Source of the DNA: Bacilli bacterium
Lineage (GTDB): Bacteria > Bacillota_I > Bacilli_A > RF39 > UBA660
DNA: 50,801 bases
NCBI GenBank assembly: GCA_051872535.1
Contig: JBJEDY010000036.1
Location: 1 to 50,801 of the forward strand
Direction of reading: 5' to 3'
A program made the position numbers and the translations under genes. The notes under the pieces were generated by a model, which did no database searches, was not told the origin of the DNA, and was given only the letters and a program-made list of their open reading frames with translations. Shown here piece after piece: positions 1-8,053 of this stretch (positions within the stretch are counted from its first letter, which is position 1; each line of letters opens with the position of its first letter).

Positions 1-6
1 CACAAG

Positions 7-1587
7 TTAATTATTCAACATACTAAATTTATAGATAATTTCTATATTTCTATCTTTATCTATAATAATTTTATCAATTAAGGCTTGAATTAACTCTCTT
101 GATGGATTATCAATATCAATTAATTCTCTTATCTTATCTTCGTAATTTTTTAATTCTGACTTATTAACCTTCTTATCATTTTTTATATCTTGTAGGCTTT
201 GTATTTTTTCTCTTGTTCTAACTAAAGAATTTTCTGTTTCTCTAGAAATTCTTAAATACATTTCTTCAGATACTATTCCATTAAATTTATCTTGATATAG
301 CATATCTAACTTACTAATAAAGTCTTTTTCTTGCTTTCTTAAATCATTTATTTGATTATTAACATCACTATTATCTTTTTTGTTAATATTTTTAGATATT
401 TCAGATATATCTAATTTTTTCAAATACTTTTTACAAGTATTTTTAATAACTTCAAGTAATGCTTCTTCTAATTTATCATACGGGCTGAAATGAGGCTCAC
501 ACATTCTTCTTTTAGGATCTCTTGAATATCTATTACAATTAACAGTCCAATAGTCATGATTTTTTCTATAAGATACTGTTAAAGTATTACCACATTCCTT
601 ACAATATAATAAATTTTCAAATAATCTTTTATCTCTTTTAACAATATTAGATTTATTAGTCCTTTTAATATTATTTTGAACACTTTCAAATATAAATCTA
701 TCTACTAGTGCTTCATGAGTATTTTTAACTATATCCCAATTACTTTTAGGTAATGATTTTTTCTTTTTAGATTTATATGATACTTTAGTCTGTACACTTT
801 GTACCATATCACCTACATACATCTGATTTTTTAATATCTTTTTAACAGAAGAAATAGTCCACATAGGATTATATTTAGCTTTTGAATTAGGATTTTTTCT
901 TTTTAAACTACTTGGTGTTTTTATATTATTATCATTCAAATAAGTAGTTATTTCAGAAAGTCCTACTCCATTGTAAGCCATTTCAAATATCTTTTTTACT
1001 ACCCACGCATACTCCGGATCTGGTATTAAGTGTCCTTTATCATCTGGATCTCTTAGATATCCATAACTTGGAGCACTTCCAATAAATTTTCCATTTCTTC
1101 TTTTATCATTTAAAACATTACGTATTTTAACTGAGTTTTGTTTGCTATAAAAATCGTTACAAGCAAAGATAAATGTTGATGAATCATTGCTTGCTTGATT
1201 AACCGCATTATCATACCCTTCTAGCATAGAAATAAATCTTATTCCATTTTCCGGGAAGAAAGTTTCAACATAATAACCTGTTAAAATATGATCTCTACCT
1301 AATCTTGATAAATCTTTTACTATTACAAGATTAATTCTTCTGGCTTTAATATCTTCAATAAGTCTTTGGAATCCTGGTCTATCAAAAGTAGTACCTGAGT
1401 AACCATCATCTACATATTCATCTACGAAAATAAATCCTTTTTCTTTAATAAAATTCATTAGTATATTTCTTTGGTTAAGGACACTCTCACTTTCAGATTC
1501 GTAAGATTTGCCTTCATCAGCTTCTGATAATCTTATATAAATTCCTGCTTTATAGTATTCTGGCATCTCTTTTAAAGTGTTATACAA
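7..1587 (-). CDS. Large serine recombinase (TnpX/TndX/phage serine-integrase class)
   Basis: The N-terminus has the resolvase catalytic motif GIYIRLSEAD, followed by VKDLSRLGRD. A recombinase domain follows, then a Cys-rich zinc-ribbon (CKECGN...NCNRY...C) and a C-terminal coiled-coil. AAGGAGAG lies 5 nt before a TTG at 1587. The track ORF extends to 1626. Confidence 0.9.
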   Translation of the reverse strand: MYNTLKEMPEYYKAGIYIRLSEADEGKSYESESESVLNQRNILMNFIKEKGFIFVDEYVDDGYSGTTFDRPGFQRLIEDIKARRINLVIVKDLSRLGRDHILTGYYVETFFPENGIRFISMLEGYDNAVNQASNDSSTFIFACNDFYSKQNSVKIRNVLNDKRRNGKFIGSAPSYGYLRDPDDKGHLIPDPEYAWVVKKIFEMAYNGVGLSEITTYLNDNNIKTPSSLKRKNPNSKAKYNPMWTISSVKKILKNQMYVGDMVQSVQTKVSYKSKKKKSLPKSNWDIVKNTHEALVDRFIFESVQNNIKRTNKSNIVKRDKRLFENLLYCKECGNTLTVSYRKNHDYWTVNCNRYSRDPKRRMCEPHFSPYDKLEEALLEVIKNTCKKYLKKLDISEISKNINKKDNSDVNNQINDLRKQEKDFISKLDMLYQDKFNGIVSEEMYLRISRETENSLVRTREKIQSLQDIKNDKKVNKSELKNYEDKIRELIDIDNPSRELIQALIDKIIIDKDRNIEIIYKFSMLNN

Positions 1588-1790
1588 GTTTACTCTCCTT
1601 TCTGATTGTATAACAACTAAAGCCAATTAAATTATAACACATAAATTTAATTAAGAGCATGCTGTCAGTCACTATTTATCACGCTGTTTATAAATTTAGT
1701 TACCAAATCTGTAAAATTAGGAGAATCATCTTTGAAAGTTTCTGTTATATTAAACATAAGCCACCTCATTTAATTTTATGAGTGGACTAT

Positions 1791-2321
1791 TCATAATATA
1801 TCTTCCTCCTTTTCTATAAAATCTTTCAATAAATTCTCCATTTCTTCTTGTTCTTCTATAGTTGCAACACTAGATTTAATAGGAATACCATGCCAATACT
1901 CTATACCATTTTCATCAACATAATAAATTTTATCTAATATATCTTTTTTATTTTTATTATATTTATTATCATGGTTAAAATTATTTTGAATACTAGCATT
2001 AATATTTCCTTGAATACTTGTTATTCTTTTCTTTAATGCTTCAGATAATCTGATTATTCTTTTTGAATTATTTGTTTCACTATTATTTATTTCTATATCA
2101 ATATATCCAAATTTTGATAAACTACTTATACTCTTTGAAACTGTTGGTTTTGTGCAGTTAAATTTATTCATAAAATATCTATTAGTAGGCCAACAATAGC
2201 CATTTTTCTTACATAGTGACACTAGTTCAATTAACAATAACCTTTCAAAGTAAGTAAGACGATTATCTCCTAATACTGATTCTGGTAATACTAAACTAAT
2301 AAATGGTTCTTTTTCCATCAT
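1791..2321 (-). CDS. Winged-helix/HTH DNA-binding protein of the island (HTH_36-like or replication-organiser-like N-terminus)
   Basis: The segment LTYFERLLLIELVSLCKKNGYCWPTNRYFMNKFNCTKPTVSKSISSLSKFGYID matches the HTH pattern common in Firmicute mobile-element Rep/DnaD-like proteins. The C-terminus is acidic. Confidence 0.5.
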   Translation of the reverse strand: MMEKEPFISLVLPESVLGDNRLTYFERLLLIELVSLCKKNGYCWPTNRYFMNKFNCTKPTVSKSISSLSKFGYIDIEINNSETNNSKRIIRLSEALKKRITSIQGNINASIQNNFNHDNKYNKNKKDILDKIYYVDENGIEYWHGIPIKSSVATIEEQEEMENLLKDFIEKEEDIL

Positions 2322-2692
2322 ATCTCCAATATAAGATTATCAAGTTTAGTAGTTCCATGTTATCCTCCTTTCTTTACCAGCCTTTTTAGGAACACGTAAA
2401 AAGAACTGAACACATTAGTCCATAACAAAAACAAGGGGATTTTTTCCAATCTTGTTTGTTGGATTAATATGTACTCAGTTCTTCACTGATTAATTATTTA
2501 TACATTACTCTTAATGCATAATATAACTTTTTTTAATTTCATTTTCTTCATTAATAGCTATTATTTTTTCTTATTTTATATTTATATATATTTAAATGTA
2601 CTAGCCACATTCCCGTATGGCTAATATAATTATAACACCAATTACTTTTATTTCAATAAGTAATCGTTCGACAATATTCGACAAATAATTCA

Positions 2693-3592
2693 CTATTTTT
2701 CATGTTTATTCATTAATATATCAATTTTATCAAACCAATCACTTGTATGATTAACTTTATCTATAACGTCCGGCGTTGATAATACTTCTTGTTTGGATAA
2801 TTGAGATAGCTCTTTCCATTTATCCTTTGGAACAACATAAGTTGCATTTCCATAGTAACCATTTTCCAAAAAACAAGTATTTTTGAAAACAAATGCATAG
2901 TAACCAGTAAAGCCACCAGAGCCAACAAATATCTCAGATGGGTTATAAGAATTTAAAGTATCTAATCTTAATTGATTATAATCAGGTCTTTTTTTCTTTT
3001 TACTCTCCTTTTCTCTATTAATACTTGTTAATGCTATAACTCTAACACCAGGTGGTAATAATTCCCAATTACATCTTTTTATTTTATTATGTACATCAAT
3101 TAAATCTAAATCTTCATTAAATATTTCACAAAAGCCAAATATTTCCAAAAACATATTAATAGTCTGCTTTATTATTTCTTTATCTGTTTTTAAATCTATA
3201 TTTGCTAATATAAAAGATTCTCCAGAATTATTTTTGGCTAATAAAAATTCTATATTACTAGCAGGAATTTCAACTCTAGGATATACTTTTCTCGATATAT
3301 CAAAGTAATTTCCATGCTCGTTGCCACCCCAATCTTGCCAAGTCCAATAAATAGTATTTATTACCCTATCTTCCTTAGGTTTTGTTTTATCTGGAAACGA
3401 ATAACCATTTGAATTTCTGTTACAATTTATGCCAAATTCAGGGGATGGTTGTATAGCAGTTCCTTCTACAAATTCTTTTATACCTAATTTTTCATATTCA
3501 TTATTTGTAACATGAATACCTATTTTTATATTATCATCCTTATACTTATCTAAAAAGTCTAATGATATTATTCTTTTTTTACTTATAATCAT
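2693..3592 (-). CDS. Hypothetical protein of 299 aa with no family or catalytic motif recognised
   Basis: The ORF is long and uninterrupted. GGAGGAATAAAT precedes the ATG at 3592 (MIISKKRI...), so the first 12 codons of the track ORF are probably not translated. Notable segments are WTWQDWGGNEHG and FVGSGGFTGYYAFVFKNTCFLENGYYGNATYVV. Confidence 0.6.
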   Translation of the reverse strand: MIISKKRIISLDFLDKYKDDNIKIGIHVTNNEYEKLGIKEFVEGTAIQPSPEFGINCNRNSNGYSFPDKTKPKEDRVINTIYWTWQDWGGNEHGNYFDISRKVYPRVEIPASNIEFLLAKNNSGESFILANIDLKTDKEIIKQTINMFLEIFGFCEIFNEDLDLIDVHNKIKRCNWELLPPGVRVIALTSINREKESKKKKRPDYNQLRLDTLNSYNPSEIFVGSGGFTGYYAFVFKNTCFLENGYYGNATYVVPKDKWKELSQLSKQEVLSTPDVIDKVNHTSDWFDKIDILMNKHEK

Positions 3593-3648
3593 ATTTATTC
3601 CTCCATTAATTATTTTTGGAGCAACCACATACTTAGATTAATTAATTT

Positions 3649-3726
3649 CTACTTTTTATGTGTACCAGGTCTACATCTATTATGAGCCTTAACATGAACT
3701 GACTTATTGCATTTTTTCTTTGCCAT
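3649..3726 (-). CDS. Small basic Cys/His peptide of 25 aa (MAKKKCNKSVHVKAHNRCRPGTHKK)
   Basis: AAAGGAGGT lies 8 nt upstream of the ATG at 3726. This is far better than any start further up the 95-aa track ORF. The peptide lies 56 nt upstream of the 299-aa gene. The spacing C-x4-H-x3-H-x2-C could bind zinc. Confidence 0.45.
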   Translation of the reverse strand: MAKKKCNKSVHVKAHNRCRPGTHKK

Positions 3727-3940
3727 ATATTTTACCTCCTTTTCATTTAAACTCGAACAATAGAATTTTTTTATGATCAATGACTTGATTTTGTCTTTTT
3801 TTTCTGTTATGCTAATAATAGCAGGAATGACAAAAGTCATGAATATAGTCAAATTCATATTCTCCTGTAATTTTTCATTTTCTAACATTTTGTTTGTTAG
3901 TCTTTGATTTTCGTTTAGTATGGTGGCTGCAACCACTTAT

Positions 3941-3985
3941 ACAAAAGTAAAAGCATTTGTTTATCTCGAAACAAATGCTTTTTTA
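3941..3985 (-). terminator. Rho-independent terminator after the RM operon (bidirectional hairpin)
   Basis: A 14-bp stem AAAAGCATTTGTTT / AAACAAATGCTTTT with a 6-nt loop is flanked by T-runs on both strands. It separates the RM S gene from the small-peptide cassette. Confidence 0.7.
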
Positions 3986-4118
3986 TATTACATCATTAAC
4001 AAGATAAACTCAGGTACTATTACTTCCGTATAATTGCATATTATCATAAAAATAGAATTAATGCAATAGCACTCTGTACTTTATATTGCTAAATTATAAG
4101 GTTATACTTTATTAATTT

Positions 4119-5102
4119 TCATAGCAAATTAGAATATGGTAATTTTTTTATAAATAATTCCATTGAATTCCAATCAATTTCGTTATTTTTATCAACTGGC
4201 AAATATAATTTTTCTTTTTTTATTCTATTTTGTGCCCTTTTGCGTGAGTATTCATATTTATCTAAATAATAATTCAATATAGTTTGTAAATAAACAGCAG
4301 TATAAATATTTAGTTTATTTTTATATTTATCTCTTATTTCTAATATTTCAACATGATCAGATCCAATGAATTTTTCCTGTTGATAAAAAGATTTCCCATC
4401 AGTTGCGCTATCAACAGTAAAAACGTTCCCATTTTCCGAATACTCATTGTGAAATCCACTAAATCCAAAATTTTTATTAGAAGTTGTTATATAATAATAA
4501 TCACCTGAAATTAATAGTTTTGAACTTATCCTTTTATTTATACTCCTAACATTAAAAACTTGTGTTATAGGTATCTCTACACAATTATTTGGCAAAGAAA
4601 TATCCATATTTCTTTTTTGTAATTTTCTGTCATCCCATTTAGCATTAGGAATTATTTTATCCATAAAATTTTCAATATAATTCCAATTAACTTTACCTTC
4701 ATTATCAATAGGCAATTTTATATAATCTTTTGATATTCTCTTATCAGACATTTCCCTATTAAAAAAATAATTATCGCCCAATTTTTCTAATAAAGTTATT
4801 AAATACATAGCTATTTTTTTTGTTAAAGTTCTATCCTTTAACCACATAACTGTCACATGATCACTAGCAACAAATTCATAATCATGATAAAAGGTTGCAC
4901 CTACGCTGCCACTATTTGCAATAGTAATACAATTTTTATATATTTTCATATATTTAGGTGGATTTATATAATTATCTATTCCATTATTGAACTTTGTTGA
5001 GGATACATATGCAATATCACCATCAACCTGATTTAATCTGATTAATCTTTTACCTCTAGAATGATAAAAAATATCATCTATTAAAAAATATTTATACTTC
5101 AT
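4119..5102 (-). CDS. RM specificity subunit (HsdS/BcgIB-like, two target-recognition domains)
   Basis: The two halves resemble each other (NSGSVGATFYHDYEFVASDHV and DSATDGKSFYQQEKFIGSDHV), and each is followed by a conserved helical spacer. GGAGGA lies 8 nt before the ATG at 5102. The gene overlaps the stop of the upstream methyltransferase gene. Confidence 0.85.
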   Translation of the reverse strand: MKYKYFLIDDIFYHSRGKRLIRLNQVDGDIAYVSSTKFNNGIDNYINPPKYMKIYKNCITIANSGSVGATFYHDYEFVASDHVTVMWLKDRTLTKKIAMYLITLLEKLGDNYFFNREMSDKRISKDYIKLPIDNEGKVNWNYIENFMDKIIPNAKWDDRKLQKRNMDISLPNNCVEIPITQVFNVRSINKRISSKLLISGDYYYITTSNKNFGFSGFHNEYSENGNVFTVDSATDGKSFYQQEKFIGSDHVEILEIRDKYKNKLNIYTAVYLQTILNYYLDKYEYSRKRAQNRIKKEKLYLPVDKNNEIDWNSMELFIKKLPYSNLL

Positions 5103-7119
5103 TATGTTCATCCTCCATCAAGTCATTTGCTGAGGCATTATTTTCTTGAAGTATTTCAAGCAAATCTATTTCATTTAAATCTTTATCTAATAAATTCAAA
5201 TCTTTTTTTGTGTTAAATATAACAAATTCTTTCACAGTTTTTTCAAAATCGCTTATTGATAATTTATCAAACTCAACTTTTGAAAAGGCTTGTATCAGCC
5301 ATTCATCGTTTTCTTGTATTTTAACAAAAACATTCTTTATTTCATCAATGTTTTTAGGATTCCTATAATAAGGCGCATCAATATCTTTTAATAATTTATT
5401 TTTAATATCATTCCATTTATTATAGACATCTCTACGACCTTTTTTCTTTGCTAACTCAAATCCATCATCTTTTAAATTATAAAATACTACTGGATTGTTA
5501 TAATCATGTGCTTTATTGGTTTCTATTACTATAATGGAACTACCAGTTGAAGCATTAGGTTGGAACAAATCTTTTGGCATATTTATAACCGCCTTAAGGG
5601 TATTATTTTTAAGAAGATTATTTCTAATTTCATTTTCTCCCATAAATGTTTGCGGTGGGGCTATCATAACAACATATCTGCTACATAATCTGCACATTTT
5701 TTCAAGAAAACTTATTTCTTTCATCCATGGTTTTTTATTTTTGGTTTTAGAATTCTTATCACCTTTAAATTTTTGTAATTCATTATAATCTGTAAATGAA
5801 CCAGAATAAGGTGGATTTATAAAACCAATTGTTGGTTTACTACCTATTTCTTTACATTTCTTTTCAAAATTGATATCAAATTCTTCTGAGAAAAAATCAT
5901 AATTTAAAATGTTTGATTTTCCATCTCCTCTAAATAACATATTTGATATAGCTAAAATATACATATGAGGTTTAAGTTCATTTCCTAACAATTGATATTT
6001 TCTAACATGCTCTATGCCTTTAGAGTCAGTTTGTAAGTCAAACAATTTGTTCATTCCAGCAATTAAGAATGATCCAGTGCCACAGCAAGAATCAAAAATA
6101 ACATCATTCTTTTTTAAATCTATTAAATTTGTAAATAAATCTGTAACATGTTCAGGCGTTAATACTATTCCTGATTGTACATCTACTATACCGGCATACC
6201 TTAAAAATTCCTGATAAAATTTTCCTATAATATCATAATTGTGACGTGTTTCAAATAAAGGAATTACATCATCACGTAATATCGTTAAAATAGTTTTTAT
6301 AGTATCACTTTCTAATAATACTTTTTCACTAGATAACGCTCCGAATTTTGACATTATCATATCAATTTTTTCTTTTGGTAAATTTTCTCCATCTTCACCT
6401 AAAATATCTGGAACAACTATACCTATTTGCTTCATTAATTGCTTTGGACTGTATTCTTCAAATTGTTCTCTAAATGTATTCCTATATTTGGAATTTTTAG
6501 ATTCAAACAATGCTATGAGCAAAATACTTAATAACGTTGGTCTCTCATCTTCTTTAACATCATATAAAAGATTATTAATAGTACTTGAAGCCTGAGAAAT
6601 ACGAGAAGATATTTCTTCTAAATTTAAATTATCAAACAATGCTAAATAATCTTTTTCATTATGAATTTCATTAATATTCATATCAATAATTTTATCTATT
6701 TGTATATAAAAAGTATCTATCCTATAACCATATTCAATATCCATATCACCTGATATTGCAAGTCCTAAAATATTCCACGAACGTAAATTAATAAGTGCTT
6801 TATTTATTTCAGGAGAAATAGCGCCATAGCTTTCTAACGTTCCTGGTATAAAACAATTCAAATAATGTTTTATTTGTGGAATTGCTTCTTTTTCGTGTTG
6901 TGCAATAGTAGATTTCAACTCTACTAAAATTAATAATTTTTTCTTTTCATTAACGTATATAAAATCAGGCAAGCCAATATGTCCGCTCTTATTTTTTGAA
7001 GAATGATCTAATATAGTATTAATATCCTTATTTTCACATAATTCCTTCCATTGATTTTCAAAATCCAAAGTCAATAAATGCTTATATAAATCTAAAAATG
7101 TTTTATCATTTCTTGCCAT
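5092..7119 (-). CDS. Fused PD-(D/E)XK endonuclease and gamma-class N6-adenine DNA methyltransferase (BcgIA-like Type IIB/IIG RM subunit)
   Basis: The N-terminus carries GLPDFIYV...LLILVELK, a PD...ExK nuclease motif. The methyltransferase part has motif I (VIFDSCCGTGSFL) and motif IV (GFINPPYSG), plus GIVLTPEHV. The gene is translationally coupled to the S gene. Confidence 0.8.
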   Translation of the reverse strand: MARNDKTFLDLYKHLLTLDFENQWKELCENKDINTILDHSSKNKSGHIGLPDFIYVNEKKKLLILVELKSTIAQHEKEAIPQIKHYLNCFIPGTLESYGAISPEINKALINLRSWNILGLAISGDMDIEYGYRIDTFYIQIDKIIDMNINEIHNEKDYLALFDNLNLEEISSRISQASSTINNLLYDVKEDERPTLLSILLIALFESKNSKYRNTFREQFEEYSPKQLMKQIGIVVPDILGEDGENLPKEKIDMIMSKFGALSSEKVLLESDTIKTILTILRDDVIPLFETRHNYDIIGKFYQEFLRYAGIVDVQSGIVLTPEHVTDLFTNLIDLKKNDVIFDSCCGTGSFLIAGMNKLFDLQTDSKGIEHVRKYQLLGNELKPHMYILAISNMLFRGDGKSNILNYDFFSEEFDINFEKKCKEIGSKPTIGFINPPYSGSFTDYNELQKFKGDKNSKTKNKKPWMKEISFLEKMCRLCSRYVVMIAPPQTFMGENEIRNNLLKNNTLKAVINMPKDLFQPNASTGSSIIVIETNKAHDYNNPVVFYNLKDDGFELAKKKGRRDVYNKWNDIKNKLLKDIDAPYYRNPKNIDEIKNVFVKIQENDEWLIQAFSKVEFDKLSISDFEKTVKEFVIFNTKKDLNLLDKDLNEIDLLEILQENNASANDLMEDEHNEV

Positions 7120-7142
7120 ATCATATCACCTCTACATAATAA

Positions 7143-7160
7143 ATTATATCATGTCAAGTA
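7143..7160 (-). promoter_or_regulatory. Extended -10 promoter of the RM operon
   Basis: The minus strand reads TTGACATGATATAAT, which contains TGnTATAAT. It lies about 25 nt upstream of the GAGGTGA RBS and the ATG at 7119. Confidence 0.5.
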
Positions 7161-7231
7161 AAAAAAGAAAAGAGTTTGGCCAACAAAATGTAACATTTTA
7201 TTTTAAAGATGTAAATCTATTAATAAACGAT

Positions 7232-7334
7232 CAAGGGTTTGGGACACTTCCCACAAAAGAATTTCGTGCGGGAGTACAAATTCAGTGCTGGCTAGACAAT
7301 GGATTTACTCCCAAAATAATTAGTTGCACTAAAA
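7232..7334 (+). ncRNA. Candidate structured RNA or recognition element in the tnpV-module/RM intergenic region (function unknown)
   Basis: This patch is visibly GC-richer than its surroundings. It has nested stems TTTGGGA-CACT-TCCCA(C)AAA (7238..7257) and GGGAGTA-N29-TACTCCC (7270..7312). A strong hairpin with a T-run follows at 7335..7370. The overlapping 73-aa ORF has no RBS. Confidence 0.25.
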
Positions 7335-7370
7335 AACTCTATCAATTTGATTCGATAGAGTTCTCTTTTT
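7326..7370. terminator. Bidirectional rho-independent terminator; it ends the tnpV-orf99 transcript on the minus strand
   Basis: A 9-bp stem AACTCTATC / GATAGAGTT with a 10-nt loop is flanked by an A-run and a T-run. It abuts the orf99 stop codon (7369..7371). Confidence 0.7.
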
Positions 7371-7668
7371 AAAAAAATTTCTTTAGTATCATTGGATTAT
7401 CTTTTTCTATTTTTAAATTATATTTTATTCTTAATATCTTCTTTATAGATGGTATAAGTTTATTTATATCACATCTTACATTAAATACATCTATTGCAGA
7501 GTTAATATGATTATAAAGTGGTGCTTTAGATAATGCTTTCTTGTAAAAACTATCTGCTATATAGAAGGCTACTACATCTGGTATTATAAATTCTTTTAGA
7601 AAGTTATCATAATTAATGCATACAGGTAAATATATTCTTTCAAATTCTTCATCAGTTATATCACACAT
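7369..7668 (-). CDS. Hypothetical protein of 99 aa, coupled to the tnpV-like gene
   Basis: The ORF overlaps the tnpV-like stop by 8 nt. No motif was recognised. Confidence 0.45.
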   Translation of the reverse strand: MCDITDEEFERIYLPVCINYDNFLKEFIIPDVVAFYIADSFYKKALSKAPLYNHINSAIDVFNVRCDINKLIPSIKKILRIKYNLKIEKDNPMILKKFF

Positions 7669-8011
7669 AGATATACTCCTTTAGAATTATTTCTTCTGCA
7701 ATATTTTTAATATTATTCATTTTACTTACCCATAGTATTTGATTATTTTCTTTTAACTGTTCATTAATATTTTCTTTTTCAGCCAGTTCTGTAATTAATT
7801 TCTGCACCTTCTCCATAACAGTAGTATCTATATTATGAAGATATTCATTTAAAGTATCATTAACAAGTAAATCAAAATATAATCCAAGTTTGTATTTCTT
7901 AATATATTCTAGTCTTAATAATCCATATTTTCCTATATTAAATTGTTCTTTATCTTTTAATATTAAATTAGGTAATAAATAATCACCTTTTCTAGTGTAA
8001 CTAATATTCAT
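7661..8011 (-). CDS. tnpV: TnpV-like transposon protein
   Basis: YTRKGDYLLPNLIL...IGKYG...LNEYL..ID......LI.ELAEKE.I.EQLK..NQ.LWV.KMNNI.N.AEEI matches my recollection of the TnpV family of Tn4451/Tn4453-type elements. An ATGGAGAAATGTT RBS precedes the ATG. Confidence 0.65.
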   Translation of the reverse strand: MNISYTRKGDYLLPNLILKDKEQFNIGKYGLLRLEYIKKYKLGLYFDLLVNDTLNEYLHNIDTTVMEKVQKLITELAEKENINEQLKENNQILWVSKMNNIKNIAEEIILKEYIYV

Positions 8012-8053
8012 AACATTTCTCCATTTCTTTCTATTTTTATTTGGCTTTAATTG

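Noticed and set aside
1665-1757. A 30-aa minus-strand ORF (MFNITETFKDDSPNFTDLVTKFINSVINSD) with GAGGTGG upstream, between the HTH gene and the recombinase
   Set aside because: It is too short and has no recognisable motif, and I cannot check its conservation. It could be a small excision or regulatory factor, but the evidence is insufficient to annotate it.
2296-2358. A 20-aa ORF with a strong AAGGAGGA RBS that overlaps, out of frame, the start of the 176-aa HTH gene
   Set aside because: It may be a leader or coupling ORF, or the SD may serve another purpose. No support exists beyond the RBS.
2666-2685. The direct repeat TTCGACAA-N3-TTCGACAA just after the stop of the 299-aa gene
   Set aside because: There are only two 8-mers and no nearby promoter for them to regulate. 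It could be chance or a minor binding site, and it is not enough for a call.
3727-3936. The upstream 70 codons of the 95-aa track ORF, including a possible TM-peptide start at MNLTIFMTFVIPAII
   Set aside because: The AGGAG is only 3 nt from that ATG and the first ATG has no RBS. The strong SD sits in front of the 25-aa C-terminal part. A 69-aa membrane-anchored version cannot be fully excluded.
4795-4815. An A8/T8 homopolymer inside the S-subunit gene as a possible phase-variation tract
   Set aside because: Tracts of this length are frequent throughout this AT-rich window. The tract is shorter than typical contingency-locus repeats, and the reading frame is intact.
5516-6214. Plus-strand ORFs (90 aa and 66 aa) inside the RM methyltransferase gene. 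Similar antisense ORFs occur at 16625..17000, 22675..22869, 32010..32225, 34049..34249, 35111..35314, 35960..36205, 41219..41536, 42800..43009 and 45906..46235.
   Set aside because: All lie antisense within well-supported conserved genes. Their products are Phe/Ile/Leu/Ser-rich, as expected from AT-rich antisense frames, and they have no RBS.
7151-7372. A 73-aa plus-strand ORF in the island intergenic region
   Set aside because: No Shine-Dalgarno precedes its ATG, which lies inside the RM promoter. The ORF covers the GC-rich stems and runs through a terminator hairpin. I treat it as a non-coding structured region instead.
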